Positions 40,497 through 50,111 are shown, numbered from the stretch's first letter. The stretch: DNA of 64,000 bases from an uncultured Acidobacteriota bacterium (GCA_963734635.1 CAVTIA010000012.1:71205-135204), one strand, 5' to 3'. Numbers and translations: made by a program. Notes: generated from the sequence alone by a model not told the origin.

Positions 40497-41336
40497 TCAT
40501 GAGACGTCGAGGGTCGCGAACTTCTTCGGATCGGCGAGCAGAGCCCATATGGCCTCTCGCGAGGCCGTGATGTCGGATGCGAGTTTCTTGTCATCGTCCT
40601 GCACCAGCGACAGCACCTTCATGACCAGCAGCTCGTAAGACCGGCGCAAATCCGGGAGCGTGGAATTTGCCTGGCCCTGGTGGTACTTGCGGAACCGGTT
40701 CAGCAAGTCATCCATCTGGTTCTTGAGGGTGATCTTGCTGAAGATGCCGATAGCCTTGGTGTCTCGGAGCTCCTGTTTCAGTTCCTTCAAGTCCAGCGGC
40801 GCCGGCGCCGGCATTCTCGCGGCGGACGACGCGGATTTGCCTCCGGCCTCCTTGGCTGGTGGCGCGGATTTGGGCGACGGTGGAGTCGCCGGCTTCCTGA
40901 TGATCGGAGGCGGCACGCTCGGTGCGGGCGCGACCGGCGCCGGGGCTGCTGGTTTCACGGTCGTATGGGGCGCCGGTACCGAGGCGGCTGGCGCGGGCAC
41001 TGCGGCTGGCTGCGATGGCGATGCAGGTGCGGGCGGTTCAGCAGCGGCGTGCGGCGGGGGCGGTGCCGCAGTGGCGTGCGGCTCGGCCGTCTGTTCACCG
41101 GGTGCGGGCGCCTCACCAGTTTCGGGTTCATTCACCGATGGCGCTGTCGATCTGGGAGGCTGCGGCGTGACGGGTTGCTCCGCGACCACCGGCGGCTCAA
41201 TGCCCGGCTGCTCAGGTTTGATGCCCCCGCATGCCGTCAGCACCAAGAGCAGCACGTTCGCCCCGGCAACGCGCGCCCATCGCCCGTTTGCCAGGAACGG
41301 AAGAGCGATGCCGGTGCGGCTGGCAAAAAGAGTCAT
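40497..41336 (-). CDS. lipoprotein with a Pro/Ala-rich linker and helical C-terminal domain
   Basis: Lipobox ..LLLVLTAC-GG. About 130 aa of low-complexity P/A. Conserved-looking C-terminus ..IGIFSKITLKNQMDDLLNRFRKYHQG... Confidence 0.6.
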   Translation of the reverse strand: MTLFASRTGIALPFLANGRWARVAGANVLLLVLTACGGIKPEQPGIEPPVVAEQPVTPQPPRSTAPSVNEPETGEAPAPGEQTAEPHATAAPPPPHAAAEPPAPASPSQPAAVPAPAASVPAPHTTVKPAAPAPVAPAPSVPPPIIRKPATPPSPKSAPPAKEAGGKSASSAARMPAPAPLDLKELKQELRDTKAIGIFSKITLKNQMDDLLNRFRKYHQGQANSTLPDLRRSYELLVMKVLSLVQDDDKKLASDITASREAIWALLADPKKFATLDVS

Positions 41337-41413
41337 CTGCCCAGGGACAGGGCAACTGAAATGCCAGTGTCATTGGTCCGATTTGTTCGTCCGACTCCGG
41401 TCGAGGTTCCCCT

Positions 41414-42253
41414 TCAGCTGTCCACCGCGAGCCGACCGCGAAGTCCTGACAGTGCGGGGGTCGGTCCGCGCCAGGCCAGCTCGTCGACGGATTCGAACAC
41501 CGGGACGTCCGTTCGCAGCGTGGCGAGCTGCCGGAAAAGCCGTGCCAGCTCGCGGTCGCGGGTCAGCGTCGCCGCGAGCGAGCTGGCGCGGGCCACCTTG
41601 AGATCCCATGCGCGGTGGTCGTCAGGAATCGCCTCAATGTTGTCGAACTTGGCAAGCACGGTCGCCGCTGATTTGGACCCCCAGCCTGCCAGCCCGGGGA
41701 AGCCGTCCGACGTATCGCCCACGAGGGCCAGATAGTCCGGGATCGAGGGCGGTGGCACGCCGAACTTCGCCACGACCCCGGCTTCGTCCCGCGTAGTCTT
41801 CCTCACGCGATCGAGCTGAACCACGCGCGTGCCGCGCACGCACTGCGCGAGGTCCTTATCCGGGGAACAGATGATCACCTGGTCCACCCGGGAATCCAAC
41901 GCGGCCTTCGCCGCCGCGGACGCGAGCGCGTCGTCCGCTTCGACCTCCACCATCGGCCAGACCGTGAGACCCCAGGCGCGCAGAGCCTCCTCGAGCAACG
42001 GGAACTGCGCCCGTAACGCGGGATCGATGCCGTCCCCTGTCTTGTAGCTGGGCCACAGGCCGTTACGAAACGACTCGATCACGTGGTCCGTCGCGACACC
42101 GATGTGCGTGGCGCCGTCCTGCACGAGTCCGCGAAGCGAGTACATCACGCCGCGCACGGCCGCAACCTCCTCGCCATTGCGGTTCTTCACCGACGGCATC
42201 GCATAGAAATGCCGGAACAGCTCGTAGGTGCCGTCGACAAGGTGAATCCTCAC
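41414..42253 (-). CDS. stand-alone 5'-3' exonuclease (FEN/PIN-like plus H3TH)
   Basis: MRIHLVDGTYELFRHFYA.., ..EADDALASAA.., ..IICSPDKDLAQC.., ..LVGDTSDGFPGLAGWGSKSAATVL... Confidence 0.75.
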   Translation of the reverse strand: MRIHLVDGTYELFRHFYAMPSVKNRNGEEVAAVRGVMYSLRGLVQDGATHIGVATDHVIESFRNGLWPSYKTGDGIDPALRAQFPLLEEALRAWGLTVWPMVEVEADDALASAAAKAALDSRVDQVIICSPDKDLAQCVRGTRVVQLDRVRKTTRDEAGVVAKFGVPPPSIPDYLALVGDTSDGFPGLAGWGSKSAATVLAKFDNIEAIPDDHRAWDLKVARASSLAATLTRDRELARLFRQLATLRTDVPVFESVDELAWRGPTPALSGLRGRLAVDS

Positions 42254-42432
42254 GCGATCAGCATACTCGTGGAGCCCGATGTCAGTTCCCGCAAGGAACC
42301 GTGTTCAGGTCCTTCGCCTGCTCCGCCCCACAACGATCAGCTGAGTCTCCGCGGAGGAGATAGCCGCGCCAAGGTCGTCTTGAGGCCCAATTCGCCGCAA
42401 CGCGTGGCGCACCGGTTGCGTACGCAGAAGTA

Positions 42433-42508
42433 GACCGTTATGCGGCCCAGACGTGAATTTCGTTACCCGTTGTAGACCCGCATAACGGTCCAGGCGCGCA
42501 AAGCGCGC
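42433..42508. promoter_or_regulatory. 13-bp perfect inverted repeat GACCGTTATGCGG-N32-CCGCATAACGGTC plus palindrome GGCGCGC-AAA-GCGCGCC in a divergent promoter region
   Basis: Arms at 42433..42445 and 42478..42490. Second palindrome at 42492..42508. Lies between the divergent starts at 42253 (-) and 42586 (+). Confidence 0.45.
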
Positions 42509-42585
42509 CAAAAATGGTGGCTGTTTCCTCTGACGAGCGGCTCGTCCGATTCAATCGCCGGCGAGCAAGGGAAGGAAGGAGTGCG

Positions 42586-43158
42586 ATGGATACGTCTGTG
42601 TCGAAGCGGATTGGGATCGTGTTCGCCGCCGTGTTGTGCGCCGCCGCAGTTTCCGCTGCGGCAAGTGCTGGGCATGCCATCGTAGGCTCAATCGACAAGG
42701 TCGACACCGCAGCCAAGACGATTGCAGTCAAAACGGCCGACGGTACTGTCGAAGTCCTGGAGTTCACGGAGAACACTGCCGTGACAGGCGCGAAGGATGT
42801 CGCCAGGGTCGCAGATCTGACAGGCAAGCGCACGTACCATTTCGTGGTGCGTTATACCGACGATGGAGCGCGGAAAGTCGCCACGGGCCTCGAATATGTC
42901 GGCGACGGAGTGTGGAAGGCTGCCAGGGGTACCGTCGTTGGCGTCGACCATGCGACCCGAACCGTCGTGATGAAAACTGCGGACGGTGCCGAATGGACTT
43001 TCGACGCCGGGAAGCACGCGGTTGTTGAGTCCGGCCGCGGCATCGCGAAGCTCGGCGAGGAAACCGGCGAAGGCCTGGCCAGGGGCGCGGCGGTGACCGT
43101 CCACTACACCGAAGAAGGCGGCAAGAAGGTCGCCCACTTCTTCCGGAAGGCCAGTTGA
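42586..43158 (+). CDS. secreted protein with an internally duplicated domain
   Basis: GGAAGGAAGGAG RBS. Signal ..VFAAVLCAAAVSAAASAG. Two repeats: ..GSIDKVDTAAKTIAVKTADGTVEVLEF.. and ..GTVVGVDHATRTVVMKTADGAEWTFDA... Confidence 0.6.
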   Translation: MDTSVSKRIGIVFAAVLCAAAVSAAASAGHAIVGSIDKVDTAAKTIAVKTADGTVEVLEFTENTAVTGAKDVARVADLTGKRTYHFVVRYTDDGARKVATGLEYVGDGVWKAARGTVVGVDHATRTVVMKTADGAEWTFDAGKHAVVESGRGIAKLGEETGEGLARGAAVTVHYTEEGGKKVAHFFRKAS

Positions 43159-43291
43159 CGCGCTAACGTCCGGCACCGAAGCTGTGAACCGGCAACGGTG
43201 GAATACAACGAGCAGGTGAAAATGGTCCGCGGAGAGTTCTCCGCGGGCCATTCCCAAGAGACAATCGCATTTCCAGCCTTACAATTTTCTG

Positions 43292-43768
43292 GTGATTCCC
43301 CGAGCGGTCCCGACGTGCGATCGAACCGCACATTCCGAACGTTCACGCCGGTTCTCGTTTGCGTTGTGGATTTTGTTCGCCCTCTTCACCCTTCGCGTCA
43401 TTGCGCAGCCATTGGCGCTCGCCGTCGAGAGCGCGGCGCTGCCGCGATTCGAATCGTGGCACAGCGCTGCGCTTCCGTACGGCGTGCTGCTGTCCTCGCA
43501 GATATTGATTCTCGTGGCCCTGGGCTGGACGTCATGGCGCTTCACGGTGGGGGACGTCGCGCCACGACGTGCCAAGGGCACGCTTGCGCTCGCACTGGGG
43601 ACCGCGTACCTGCTGACGATGGTCGTGCGGCTCGTGCTGGGCGCGACCGTGCTCAGTCACGTGCGGTGGTTTGCGAGTCCGCTGCCAACGGTGTTTCACA
43701 TGGTTCTCGCGACGTACCTGCTGGTTTATGGCCGATTCCATTATCTCCATGGAGGATCGGACCGATAA
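43292..43768 (+). CDS. integral membrane protein, unknown function (start uncertain)
   Basis: Four hydrophobic segments (..FALWILFALFTLRVIAQPL.., ..VLLSSQILILVALGW.., ..LALALGTAYLLTMVVRLVL.., ..VFHMVLATYLLVYG..). Confidence 0.5.
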   Translation: MIPRAVPTCDRTAHSERSRRFSFALWILFALFTLRVIAQPLALAVESAALPRFESWHSAALPYGVLLSSQILILVALGWTSWRFTVGDVAPRRAKGTLALALGTAYLLTMVVRLVLGATVLSHVRWFASPLPTVFHMVLATYLLVYGRFHYLHGGSDR

Positions 43769-43783
43769 TGATCTCGTAGGCTC

Positions 43784-44635
43784 GTGCAACTGATCCCGTA
43801 CCTGCACTACCCGGTCGTGATGACGATCACGTTCGGGCTCTTCGCGCTGCTGCGCAGCGAGGGCGCATCACTTGTCGTCAGCACGTATGTGCCCGTGCTG
43901 CTGGCGGCGGGGATCGTCACTCTTCTGGAAGCGAAGTTCCCGCACCGATCGGAGTGGCGTCCGCCGATCAGCGAAGTCCAAACGGACTTGGGATTTATGA
44001 CCATCGTGCAGCTGGCGTTCCCGCCGCTGATGGGATTCGTGTTCACGTATGCGCTCATCGCGCCCGCACGCGCATTGAACCTGCCCATCTCAGCGTTGTG
44101 GCCCCACGCCTGGCCGATCTGGCTGCAAGCGCTGCTGATGATCCTGACGGTCGATTTCCTGCGGTACTGGCTCCACCGCGCTGCGCATCAGTACGACCCG
44201 CTGTGGCGGCTTCATTCGGTGCACCACTCTGTGGAACAGATGTACTGGCTGAACACCGCACGATTTCACCTGATCGAAAAAGGCCTGCAGATGACGCTCG
44301 ACAGCCTGCCGTTCCTGCTGATGGCGGTTGAGCCAACGGTTCTTGCTCTCTATTACGTTGCGTACGCGACCAACGGCTTCTTCCAGCACTGCAACATCGA
44401 GCTCCGCTACGGCGTCCTCAACTACATCGTCGGCAGCGCGGAAACGCACCGGTGGCATCACTCGAGGATTCCGCGCGAATCGAACGCGAATTACGGAAAC
44501 ACCGTGATCGTGTGGGATCTGTTGTTTGGCACGTGGTTCCTTCCCAGAGAACGCTCGGTCCAGGAGCTCGGGCTGCAGGATCCGGATTATCCGAAATCCT
44601 TCTGGGCGCTGATGCGCGCTCCGTTCAGTCGCTGA
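43784..44635 (+). CDS. fatty acid hydroxylase / sterol desaturase superfamily membrane enzyme
   Basis: His boxes HRAAHQ, HSVHH and HRWHH in the expected order. Multiple TM helices. Confidence 0.75.
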   Translation: MQLIPYLHYPVVMTITFGLFALLRSEGASLVVSTYVPVLLAAGIVTLLEAKFPHRSEWRPPISEVQTDLGFMTIVQLAFPPLMGFVFTYALIAPARALNLPISALWPHAWPIWLQALLMILTVDFLRYWLHRAAHQYDPLWRLHSVHHSVEQMYWLNTARFHLIEKGLQMTLDSLPFLLMAVEPTVLALYYVAYATNGFFQHCNIELRYGVLNYIVGSAETHRWHHSRIPRESNANYGNTVIVWDLLFGTWFLPRERSVQELGLQDPDYPKSFWALMRAPFSR

Positions 44636-44642
44636 CCGTTCG

Positions 44643-46289
44643 ATGCAGGAAGTCGTCTTCCGCGCCGGAATGACGGCGTACGCAGCGCGATACTGGTTAC
44701 CCGTTACCCGTCATGCCGCGCGGCCCGGACGGGCGCAAGCCGACGCACTGCGGCGCATACTCACCGCCAATCGAGCGACCGAGTTTGGCCATGCGCACCG
44801 GTTTGCCGCCCTGCGGACGCCGCGCGAGTTTCGCGAGCAGGTGCCGGTTCAGGAATACGAAACGCTGCGTGGATATATCGAGAAACAGCGTTGCAGCGGC
44901 GTCGCCGCACTGACGGCCGAGCCGCCCCTCTTTTATGCGCAGACAAGCGGTTCGACCGGCAAGCCCAAATACATCCCGGTCTGCGCATCGGCGCTCCGGA
45001 TGTACCGCACGGAGCAGGCGCTATTCACGTATCTGCAGTACCGCGCGAGCCCGACCGCATTTTCCGGCAAGGCGCTGGGCATTATGGGGGCCGCCGTCGA
45101 GGCGCGTCTGGACTCGGGCCACTCGGTCGGCTCCGTATCCGGCCACCTGTACGAATCGCTGCCCCGAACCGTGCAGTCTCGATTCGTGGTGCCTCCGTCG
45201 ATCTCGGCGATCGCCGACTACGACCTCAAGTACCTGACGATTCTGCGGCTCGCGCTCGCCGCGCCAGACATCACCTATCTCGGCTCTCCGAATCCGTCTA
45301 CGTTCCTGCGGCTTCTCGACATACTCAATCAACGGAGAGACGAGCTGGCGCACTCCCTGGAAACGGGATCCCTGCCCGAGCTCGATGCGCTCGATTCGAA
45401 CACGCGCGACATAATCCGACAGCGGCTGCGACCCGATAGCGCGCGTGCCGCGCAACTGCGAACCACGGCGCCGCTGACATTCGCGAGCCTGTGGCCCGGA
45501 ATAAGGCTCCTCACGACGTGGACCGGCGGAAGCTGCGGCATCGCGCTCGACAAGCTCCGGGCAACGCTTCCGCACGAGACGAAGGTGATGGAACTCGGGT
45601 ATCAGTCCACGGAATGTCGCGGCACAATCGCCCTCGAAGCCGAAACACAAGGGGGCTTGCCCCCGCTTCATCACCACTTCTTCGAGTTCGTGCGGCAGGA
45701 ACACTGGGAAAGCGGCCGGCAGGAATTCCTGGGGCTCGAGGAGCTGGAGCCGGGACCCCGGTACTACATCGTGATCACAACAGTCTCGGGGCTCTATCGG
45801 TACTTCATGAACGATCTGGTGGAGGTCGCCGGGCGGTATCGCAACACGCCACTCATCAGGTTCGTTCAAAAGGGGAAAGGGGTCACCAACCTCACGGGTG
45901 AAAAGCTCTACGAAGCGCAGGTCATTCAGGCAGTCCAGACCACCGCGCGGCAGCGCAGCTTCGTTCCGGGCTTTTTCATGCTCGTCGCCGACGAGGAGGC
46001 GTCTTCGTACAACCTTTTCCTCGAGACCGATCGTGCGATGACCTCTTCGATCCACGACGTCGCCGCGGATATCGACCGCCGCCTTGGCGAGTTGAACGTC
46101 GAGTATCAGAGCAAGCGCGCCAGCGGGCGCCTGGCGCTTCTGACGATCTCACTCCTCGCGGAAGGCGCCGGCGAAGCGTACAAGGCCGCGTGCGTGCGCG
46201 CGGGCCAGCGCGAGGGACAATTCAAGCCGGTCGTCCTTCAGTATCGAAAGGATCTCGCGTTGTCGTTCGGACCGTATGTCATCGAGTGA
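44643..46289 (+). CDS. GH3-family adenylating acyl-acid amido synthetase-like protein
   Basis: ..FYAQTSGSTGKPKYIPV.., ..YRYFMNDLVEV.., ..FVQKGKGVTNLTGEKL... 548 aa. Confidence 0.7.
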   Translation: MQEVVFRAGMTAYAARYWLPVTRHAARPGRAQADALRRILTANRATEFGHAHRFAALRTPREFREQVPVQEYETLRGYIEKQRCSGVAALTAEPPLFYAQTSGSTGKPKYIPVCASALRMYRTEQALFTYLQYRASPTAFSGKALGIMGAAVEARLDSGHSVGSVSGHLYESLPRTVQSRFVVPPSISAIADYDLKYLTILRLALAAPDITYLGSPNPSTFLRLLDILNQRRDELAHSLETGSLPELDALDSNTRDIIRQRLRPDSARAAQLRTTAPLTFASLWPGIRLLTTWTGGSCGIALDKLRATLPHETKVMELGYQSTECRGTIALEAETQGGLPPLHHHFFEFVRQEHWESGRQEFLGLEELEPGPRYYIVITTVSGLYRYFMNDLVEVAGRYRNTPLIRFVQKGKGVTNLTGEKLYEAQVIQAVQTTARQRSFVPGFFMLVADEEASSYNLFLETDRAMTSSIHDVAADIDRRLGELNVEYQSKRASGRLALLTISLLAEGAGEAYKAACVRAGQREGQFKPVVLQYRKDLALSFGPYVIE

Positions 46290-47400
46290 TCTCTCGATCG
46301 ATCGGTTGGAGTTCCGGGAGCTTGGCATTCGCTTCAAGACGGCATTCCGCCACGCAGCGGCGGAGCGTTCGGCAACCGAGACGGTCTGGATCGACGCGGT
46401 GGCCTCCGATGGGACGGTCGGAAGCGGCGAGTCGTGTCCAAGGTCTTACGTTACGGGTGAAACCATTGCCACGGCGCGCGCGTTCGTGTCGCGGCACGAG
46501 GCCTCGCTGCGGAGCAGCATTATCGACGTTGAAACGCTGCAGGCCTGGATGGCCGATCACGAGGAGGACATCGACGCCAATCCGGCTGCATGGTGCGCGC
46601 TGGAGCTGGCGCTCCTGGATCTGATCGGCAAGCACATTGGCGTAACGGTCGAAACGCTGCTTTCGGTACGACCGCTTGCCAACGCCGTTTTTCGCTATAC
46701 CGCCGTGCTCGGCGATGCCCCCGCAATCGCGTTTCACGCAATGGCCGAGCGCTATCGCGAGGTGGGTTTCCGCGACTTCAAGATAAAGCTGTCGGGCAGC
46801 GTGGAGCGCGACCGCGAGAAGATGGCAGTCTTCGACAAGTGGACCGAATCGGTTCGGCTGCGCGCCGACGCCAACAATCTCTGGCCTGCTGCAGACGAGG
46901 CGATCGACGCACTTGGCCGCCTCGGCTACGCGTTCTTTGCGATCGAAGAGCCAATTGGCAAGGACCAGCATGCCGAGTTGCCCCGCATCGCACGGGCATT
47001 GAATTGTGCCGTGATCCTGGATGAAAGCTTCTCCCGCGTCCAACAGCTGTCGCTCCTCTGCGACCCCGCTGCGATGTGGCTCGTCAACATTCGCGTTTCG
47101 AAGATGGGCGGATTGATCCGCTCGCTGCAGGTACTCGAAGCTGCGCGCGCGCGGGGAATCGGCGTCATCGTCGGCGCACAAGTCGGCGAAACGAGCCTGC
47201 TCACACGAGCGGCGCTGACGGTTGCATGCGCCGCGGGAAACACGCTCGTCGCCCAGGAAGGCGCCTTCGGAACCTTGCTCCTCGAACGTGATGTGTGCGA
47301 TCCGCCACTGATGTTTGGCGCGGGCGGCGTGCTCAATGCGTCTGCGTACCCCATGCTCGGGAAACCCGGGTTGGGCGTGACGTTCAATGCGGAGACCTGA
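46276..47400 (+). CDS. enolase-superfamily enzyme (mandelate racemase / muconate lactonizing / N-acylamino-acid racemase-like)
   Basis: ..FKIKLSG.., metal-ligand pattern ..RADANNLW.. / ..AIEEP.. / ..ILDES.., ..RVSKMGG... Start overlaps the GH3 end by 14 nt. Confidence 0.7.
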   Translation: MSSSDLSIDRLEFRELGIRFKTAFRHAAAERSATETVWIDAVASDGTVGSGESCPRSYVTGETIATARAFVSRHEASLRSSIIDVETLQAWMADHEEDIDANPAAWCALELALLDLIGKHIGVTVETLLSVRPLANAVFRYTAVLGDAPAIAFHAMAERYREVGFRDFKIKLSGSVERDREKMAVFDKWTESVRLRADANNLWPAADEAIDALGRLGYAFFAIEEPIGKDQHAELPRIARALNCAVILDESFSRVQQLSLLCDPAAMWLVNIRVSKMGGLIRSLQVLEAARARGIGVIVGAQVGETSLLTRAALTVACAAGNTLVAQEGAFGTLLLERDVCDPPLMFGAGGVLNASAYPMLGKPGLGVTFNAET

Positions 47401-47415
47401 AGGTCTCCGCCTACC
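47389..47415. repeat. REP-like element type B, reverse orientation, containing the stop codon of the enolase-superfamily gene
   Basis: GCGGAGACC-TGAA-GGTCTCCGC, a 9-bp stem at 47389..47410, followed by CTACC. The stop TGA at 47398..47400 lies in the loop. Confidence 0.8.
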
Positions 47416-47676
47416 TCAGCCGTACCTCAGCACTGCGATCTCCGCCCAAGCGCGGGATGCTGGTTCTCGCGCCGGGCATGTCCCGTCAGACGGCGACTAA
47501 TATCGCGGCGGGTCCCGGCAACCGGCGAGGTCTTCCCTGCCAAGGTCAAGTTTCCGAGGATTCTGGCGTCATCCCACGGCCTGTGAATTGCTCGATCAAA
47601 CCGTGCAGTGGTGGAAATTTTCCGCTCTCGATTTCGCTCCCTGGCCTGGCAGGCGAGCAACTATCAGAGCGAGCCG

Positions 47677-47811
47677 ATGAGCCGCGTCGAGATGTGGTTC
47701 GGGGTCATCGCGGTGTACCTCGTCTTGAGCGCGTTCCTGATGGGCCACATCGCCGATCGCGCTGGCGCCGCGGACAAACACCCCGTCGTCCCCGTAAGCG
47801 ATCGCGGCTGA
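47677..47811 (+). CDS. possible 44-aa single-TM peptide (weak)
   Basis: MSRVEMWFGVIAVYLVLSAFLMGHIADR... No clear RBS. Called only because of the clean TM segment in an otherwise empty 480-nt gap. Confidence 0.25.
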   Translation: MSRVEMWFGVIAVYLVLSAFLMGHIADRAGAADKHPVVPVSDRG

Positions 47812-47890
47812 TCGCGACCGAAGCCCGTTCTCTTTACACCCCGCCCGCATTAGGCTAATCTCGCGATTCACAGCTGAATTGAACCTATAT

Positions 47891-48727
47891 ATGCCCAAAA
47901 TCGCACTTGTCCTGGCGGGCGCCCTCATTGCTGGCATGCTCGCTGCCTCCACTCACGCTCAACAGCGCCCTGCACAACCTGCCAACACATCCGATGTAAA
48001 GGGCATCGTGTTCGAGCTGGCCAACTCAATGGGGATGCTGCGCGGTCTTCAGCAGGAGGATTCGATCCTCACGCTGGAACACTGGGCCAAAGGCACCATG
48101 ACGGTCGGGGGCCAGCGGTTCGACCTCCCGGAATACCGGATGAGCATCAACTTCAGCGTTCCGGGCGTGCGCCTCGATTACCGTCGCCAACCTGCCAGTG
48201 GACAGGCGCAGCGCGTCATCGAAGTGGTTGCGGGTCCCGTCGCGTGGAATGAGACCGATCGCGGCAGGGGCGCAACAGGGGCGCGCGACAAAGCGAAGGA
48301 ACGACTGGTCCAACTCTGGACCACCCCGATGGGTGTCGTGAAGGCAGCAACGTTGGCTGGCGCCAAAGCCACCATCAAGAATGCCGGCGGATCAATGGTG
48401 CTGTCGTTCCCGCTGCCGGCACCGGCCGACGATGTCACTGTGAACGCCACGTTGCGCCGGGACAACAGCCTGCTGATCCCAGACCCGGCAGCTCTCAAGA
48501 GCCTCGTCGGCACCTACATCGCCCGCGTGGAGACGACCGGTGGGGTGGTGAGCGATACGACTTACGCCGAATACGGTGACTGGAACTGGGACGACTATCA
48601 GGCGGACATCCTGCAGCCGCGCCGAATCACGAGGAAGCAGGGCGACATGTCGCTCGAGCTGATGACGGTCAACACCAACACCTATAATCCGTACGTCATC
48701 ATGCCGGTGCCCGACACCGTCAAGTAG
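47891..48727 (+). CDS. secreted hypothetical protein (LolA-like fold suspected)
   Basis: MPKIALVLAGALIAGMLAASTHAQQ signal. Its C-terminal pattern resembles the C-terminal half of the cytochrome at 50214. Confidence 0.55.
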   Translation: MPKIALVLAGALIAGMLAASTHAQQRPAQPANTSDVKGIVFELANSMGMLRGLQQEDSILTLEHWAKGTMTVGGQRFDLPEYRMSINFSVPGVRLDYRRQPASGQAQRVIEVVAGPVAWNETDRGRGATGARDKAKERLVQLWTTPMGVVKAATLAGAKATIKNAGGSMVLSFPLPAPADDVTVNATLRRDNSLLIPDPAALKSLVGTYIARVETTGGVVSDTTYAEYGDWNWDDYQADILQPRRITRKQGDMSLELMTVNTNTYNPYVIMPVPDTVK

Positions 48728-48787
48728 TACGTAGTGTCCGGCTTTAGCCGGACCTAGGAATACGTAGTGTCCGGCTTTAGCCGGACC
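48728..48787 (+). repeat. REP-like element type A, 2 x 33-nt tandem, intergenic
   Basis: The core TACGTAGTGTCCGGCTTTAGCCGGACC occurs at 48728..48754 and 48761..48787 (identical), starting 1 nt after the stop of the upstream gene. Confidence 0.9.
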
Positions 48788-48817
48788 GGGAATGTTGGAA
48801 GTCAGCGGAGGCAGACA

Positions 48818-49228
48818 ATGAAACCATGGACAGCTTGTAGCGTATTGGCCGCGGTGGTGCTCGCGCTGTTGACGGCTCCGCCGGCCGTGGCGCATCACGC
48901 CATTCAGGCAGAGTACGAAATGAGCGAGACGAAAGGCTTCACCGGGGTCATGACGCGGTTCGCCATGATCAATCCTCATTGCCGCTGGTTCTTCGAAGAA
49001 ACCAAGGCGGACGGCACCAAAGTGACGTGGGAGATGTCGGGTGCGGGCCCGCAGGCGCTGCGCGCCGCCGGTCTCGTGCGCATCTTCCAGATCGGGCAGC
49101 CCTACGAGGTGACGTTCGCGCCCGCGAAGAACGGGGCCAATGTGGGACGCGTGCGCACCATGAAGGGTCCCGACGGCAAGGTCATCACCTTGTTCCACGA
49201 AGACCCGACGGACCCACTCAACAACTGA
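48818..49228 (+). CDS. DUF6152-like periplasmic protein
   Basis: GGAGG RBS. Signal ..LLTAPPAVA-HHAIQAEY.., ..INPHCRWFF.., ..WEMSGAGPQALRAAG... Family recalled from memory. Confidence 0.55.
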   Translation: MKPWTACSVLAAVVLALLTAPPAVAHHAIQAEYEMSETKGFTGVMTRFAMINPHCRWFFEETKADGTKVTWEMSGAGPQALRAAGLVRIFQIGQPYEVTFAPAKNGANVGRVRTMKGPDGKVITLFHEDPTDPLNN

Positions 49229-49250
49229 CGACCGGAGAAGGACGGCAGTC

Positions 49251-50111
49251 ATGATGCTTCGACGTATTCGTACTAGCACGAGCATCGCCGCAGCCCTCGC
49301 GGCTGTACTGTGGCTGACCGCCGCAGACGCGACGATGCAGCAGGGCGCGAGCAACGGGAATGCGGCAACGCCGCGAACCCCGGACGGTAAGGTGGACTTC
49401 AGCGGGATGTGGGTCGGGACCGGCGGCGGCGATCTCAAACCTGACGAGGCAGGCAACATCACCGTGCTCAGTCGCGGACGTCCGTGCCACCCGGGGCAGG
49501 AATGCAAGCCGGCCATCAACTTCGAGCGCGACAGCGGCGTCAGGCAGCGCATGAGCCCCAACCTGCCGAAGTACAAGCCCGAGCAGTGGGCGCGGGTCGA
49601 GGACCTGGATGTGAACGGCAACTTCAGGGACCCGGAGATCAAGTGCTACCCGGCGGGGCTGCCGCGCATCGGCGCACCCAGCAAGATCGTCCAGACGCCG
49701 ACGGAAATCATCTTCCTCTACACCCACCACAACACGTTCCGCGTCATCCCTATCGATGGCCGCGAGCATGATCGGATTCGATCACAGGACCTCACCTACT
49801 ATGGCGACTCGATCGGCAAGTGGGAAGGCGACACGCTCGTCATCGACAGCGTCGGGTTCACTGACGAAACCTGGCTTGCGTGGCCCGGTTACTTCCACAC
49901 CAACAACATGCGCGTGGTGGAGCGCCTGACCCGCCAGGGCAACACCATCACGTGGCAGGCGACGGTGCACGACCCCGAGATCCTGATGGAGCCGTGGACC
50001 ATGAATCCCGTCAGGAGAAACCTGAACTCCAATTCGAAAGCGCTGCTGGTCGAAGATCTGCCGTGCGAGAGCCGGGACAGCGACCACATCGTGACCCGCG
50101 AGCGCGGCTGA
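49251..50111 (+). CDS. secreted hypothetical protein (..TPDGKVDFSGMW.. family)
   Basis: Signal MMLRRIRTSTSIAAALAAVLWLTAADA. Conserved-looking ..GDSIGKWEGDTLVIDSVGF... Confidence 0.55.
   Translation: MMLRRIRTSTSIAAALAAVLWLTAADATMQQGASNGNAATPRTPDGKVDFSGMWVGTGGGDLKPDEAGNITVLSRGRPCHPGQECKPAINFERDSGVRQRMSPNLPKYKPEQWARVEDLDVNGNFRDPEIKCYPAGLPRIGAPSKIVQTPTEIIFLYTHHNTFRVIPIDGREHDRIRSQDLTYYGDSIGKWEGDTLVIDSVGFTDETWLAWPGYFHTNNMRVVERLTRQGNTITWQATVHDPEILMEPWTMNPVRRNLNSNSKALLVEDLPCESRDSDHIVTRERG

Noticed and set aside
40660-41735. Plus-strand ORFs of 313 and 351 aa opposite the Pro/Ala-rich lipoprotein gene
   Set aside because: They are Gly/Arg low-complexity translations of the antisense of a P/A-rich region and run across the gene boundary at 41336..41414.
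48392-49642. 416-aa minus-strand ORF spanning three plus-strand genes and the REP dimer (contains ..[19 protein letters not shown]..)
   Set aside because: It crosses two intergenic regions and a repeat. The plus-strand genes each have an RBS and a signal peptide. The repeated peptide is just the translated REP.
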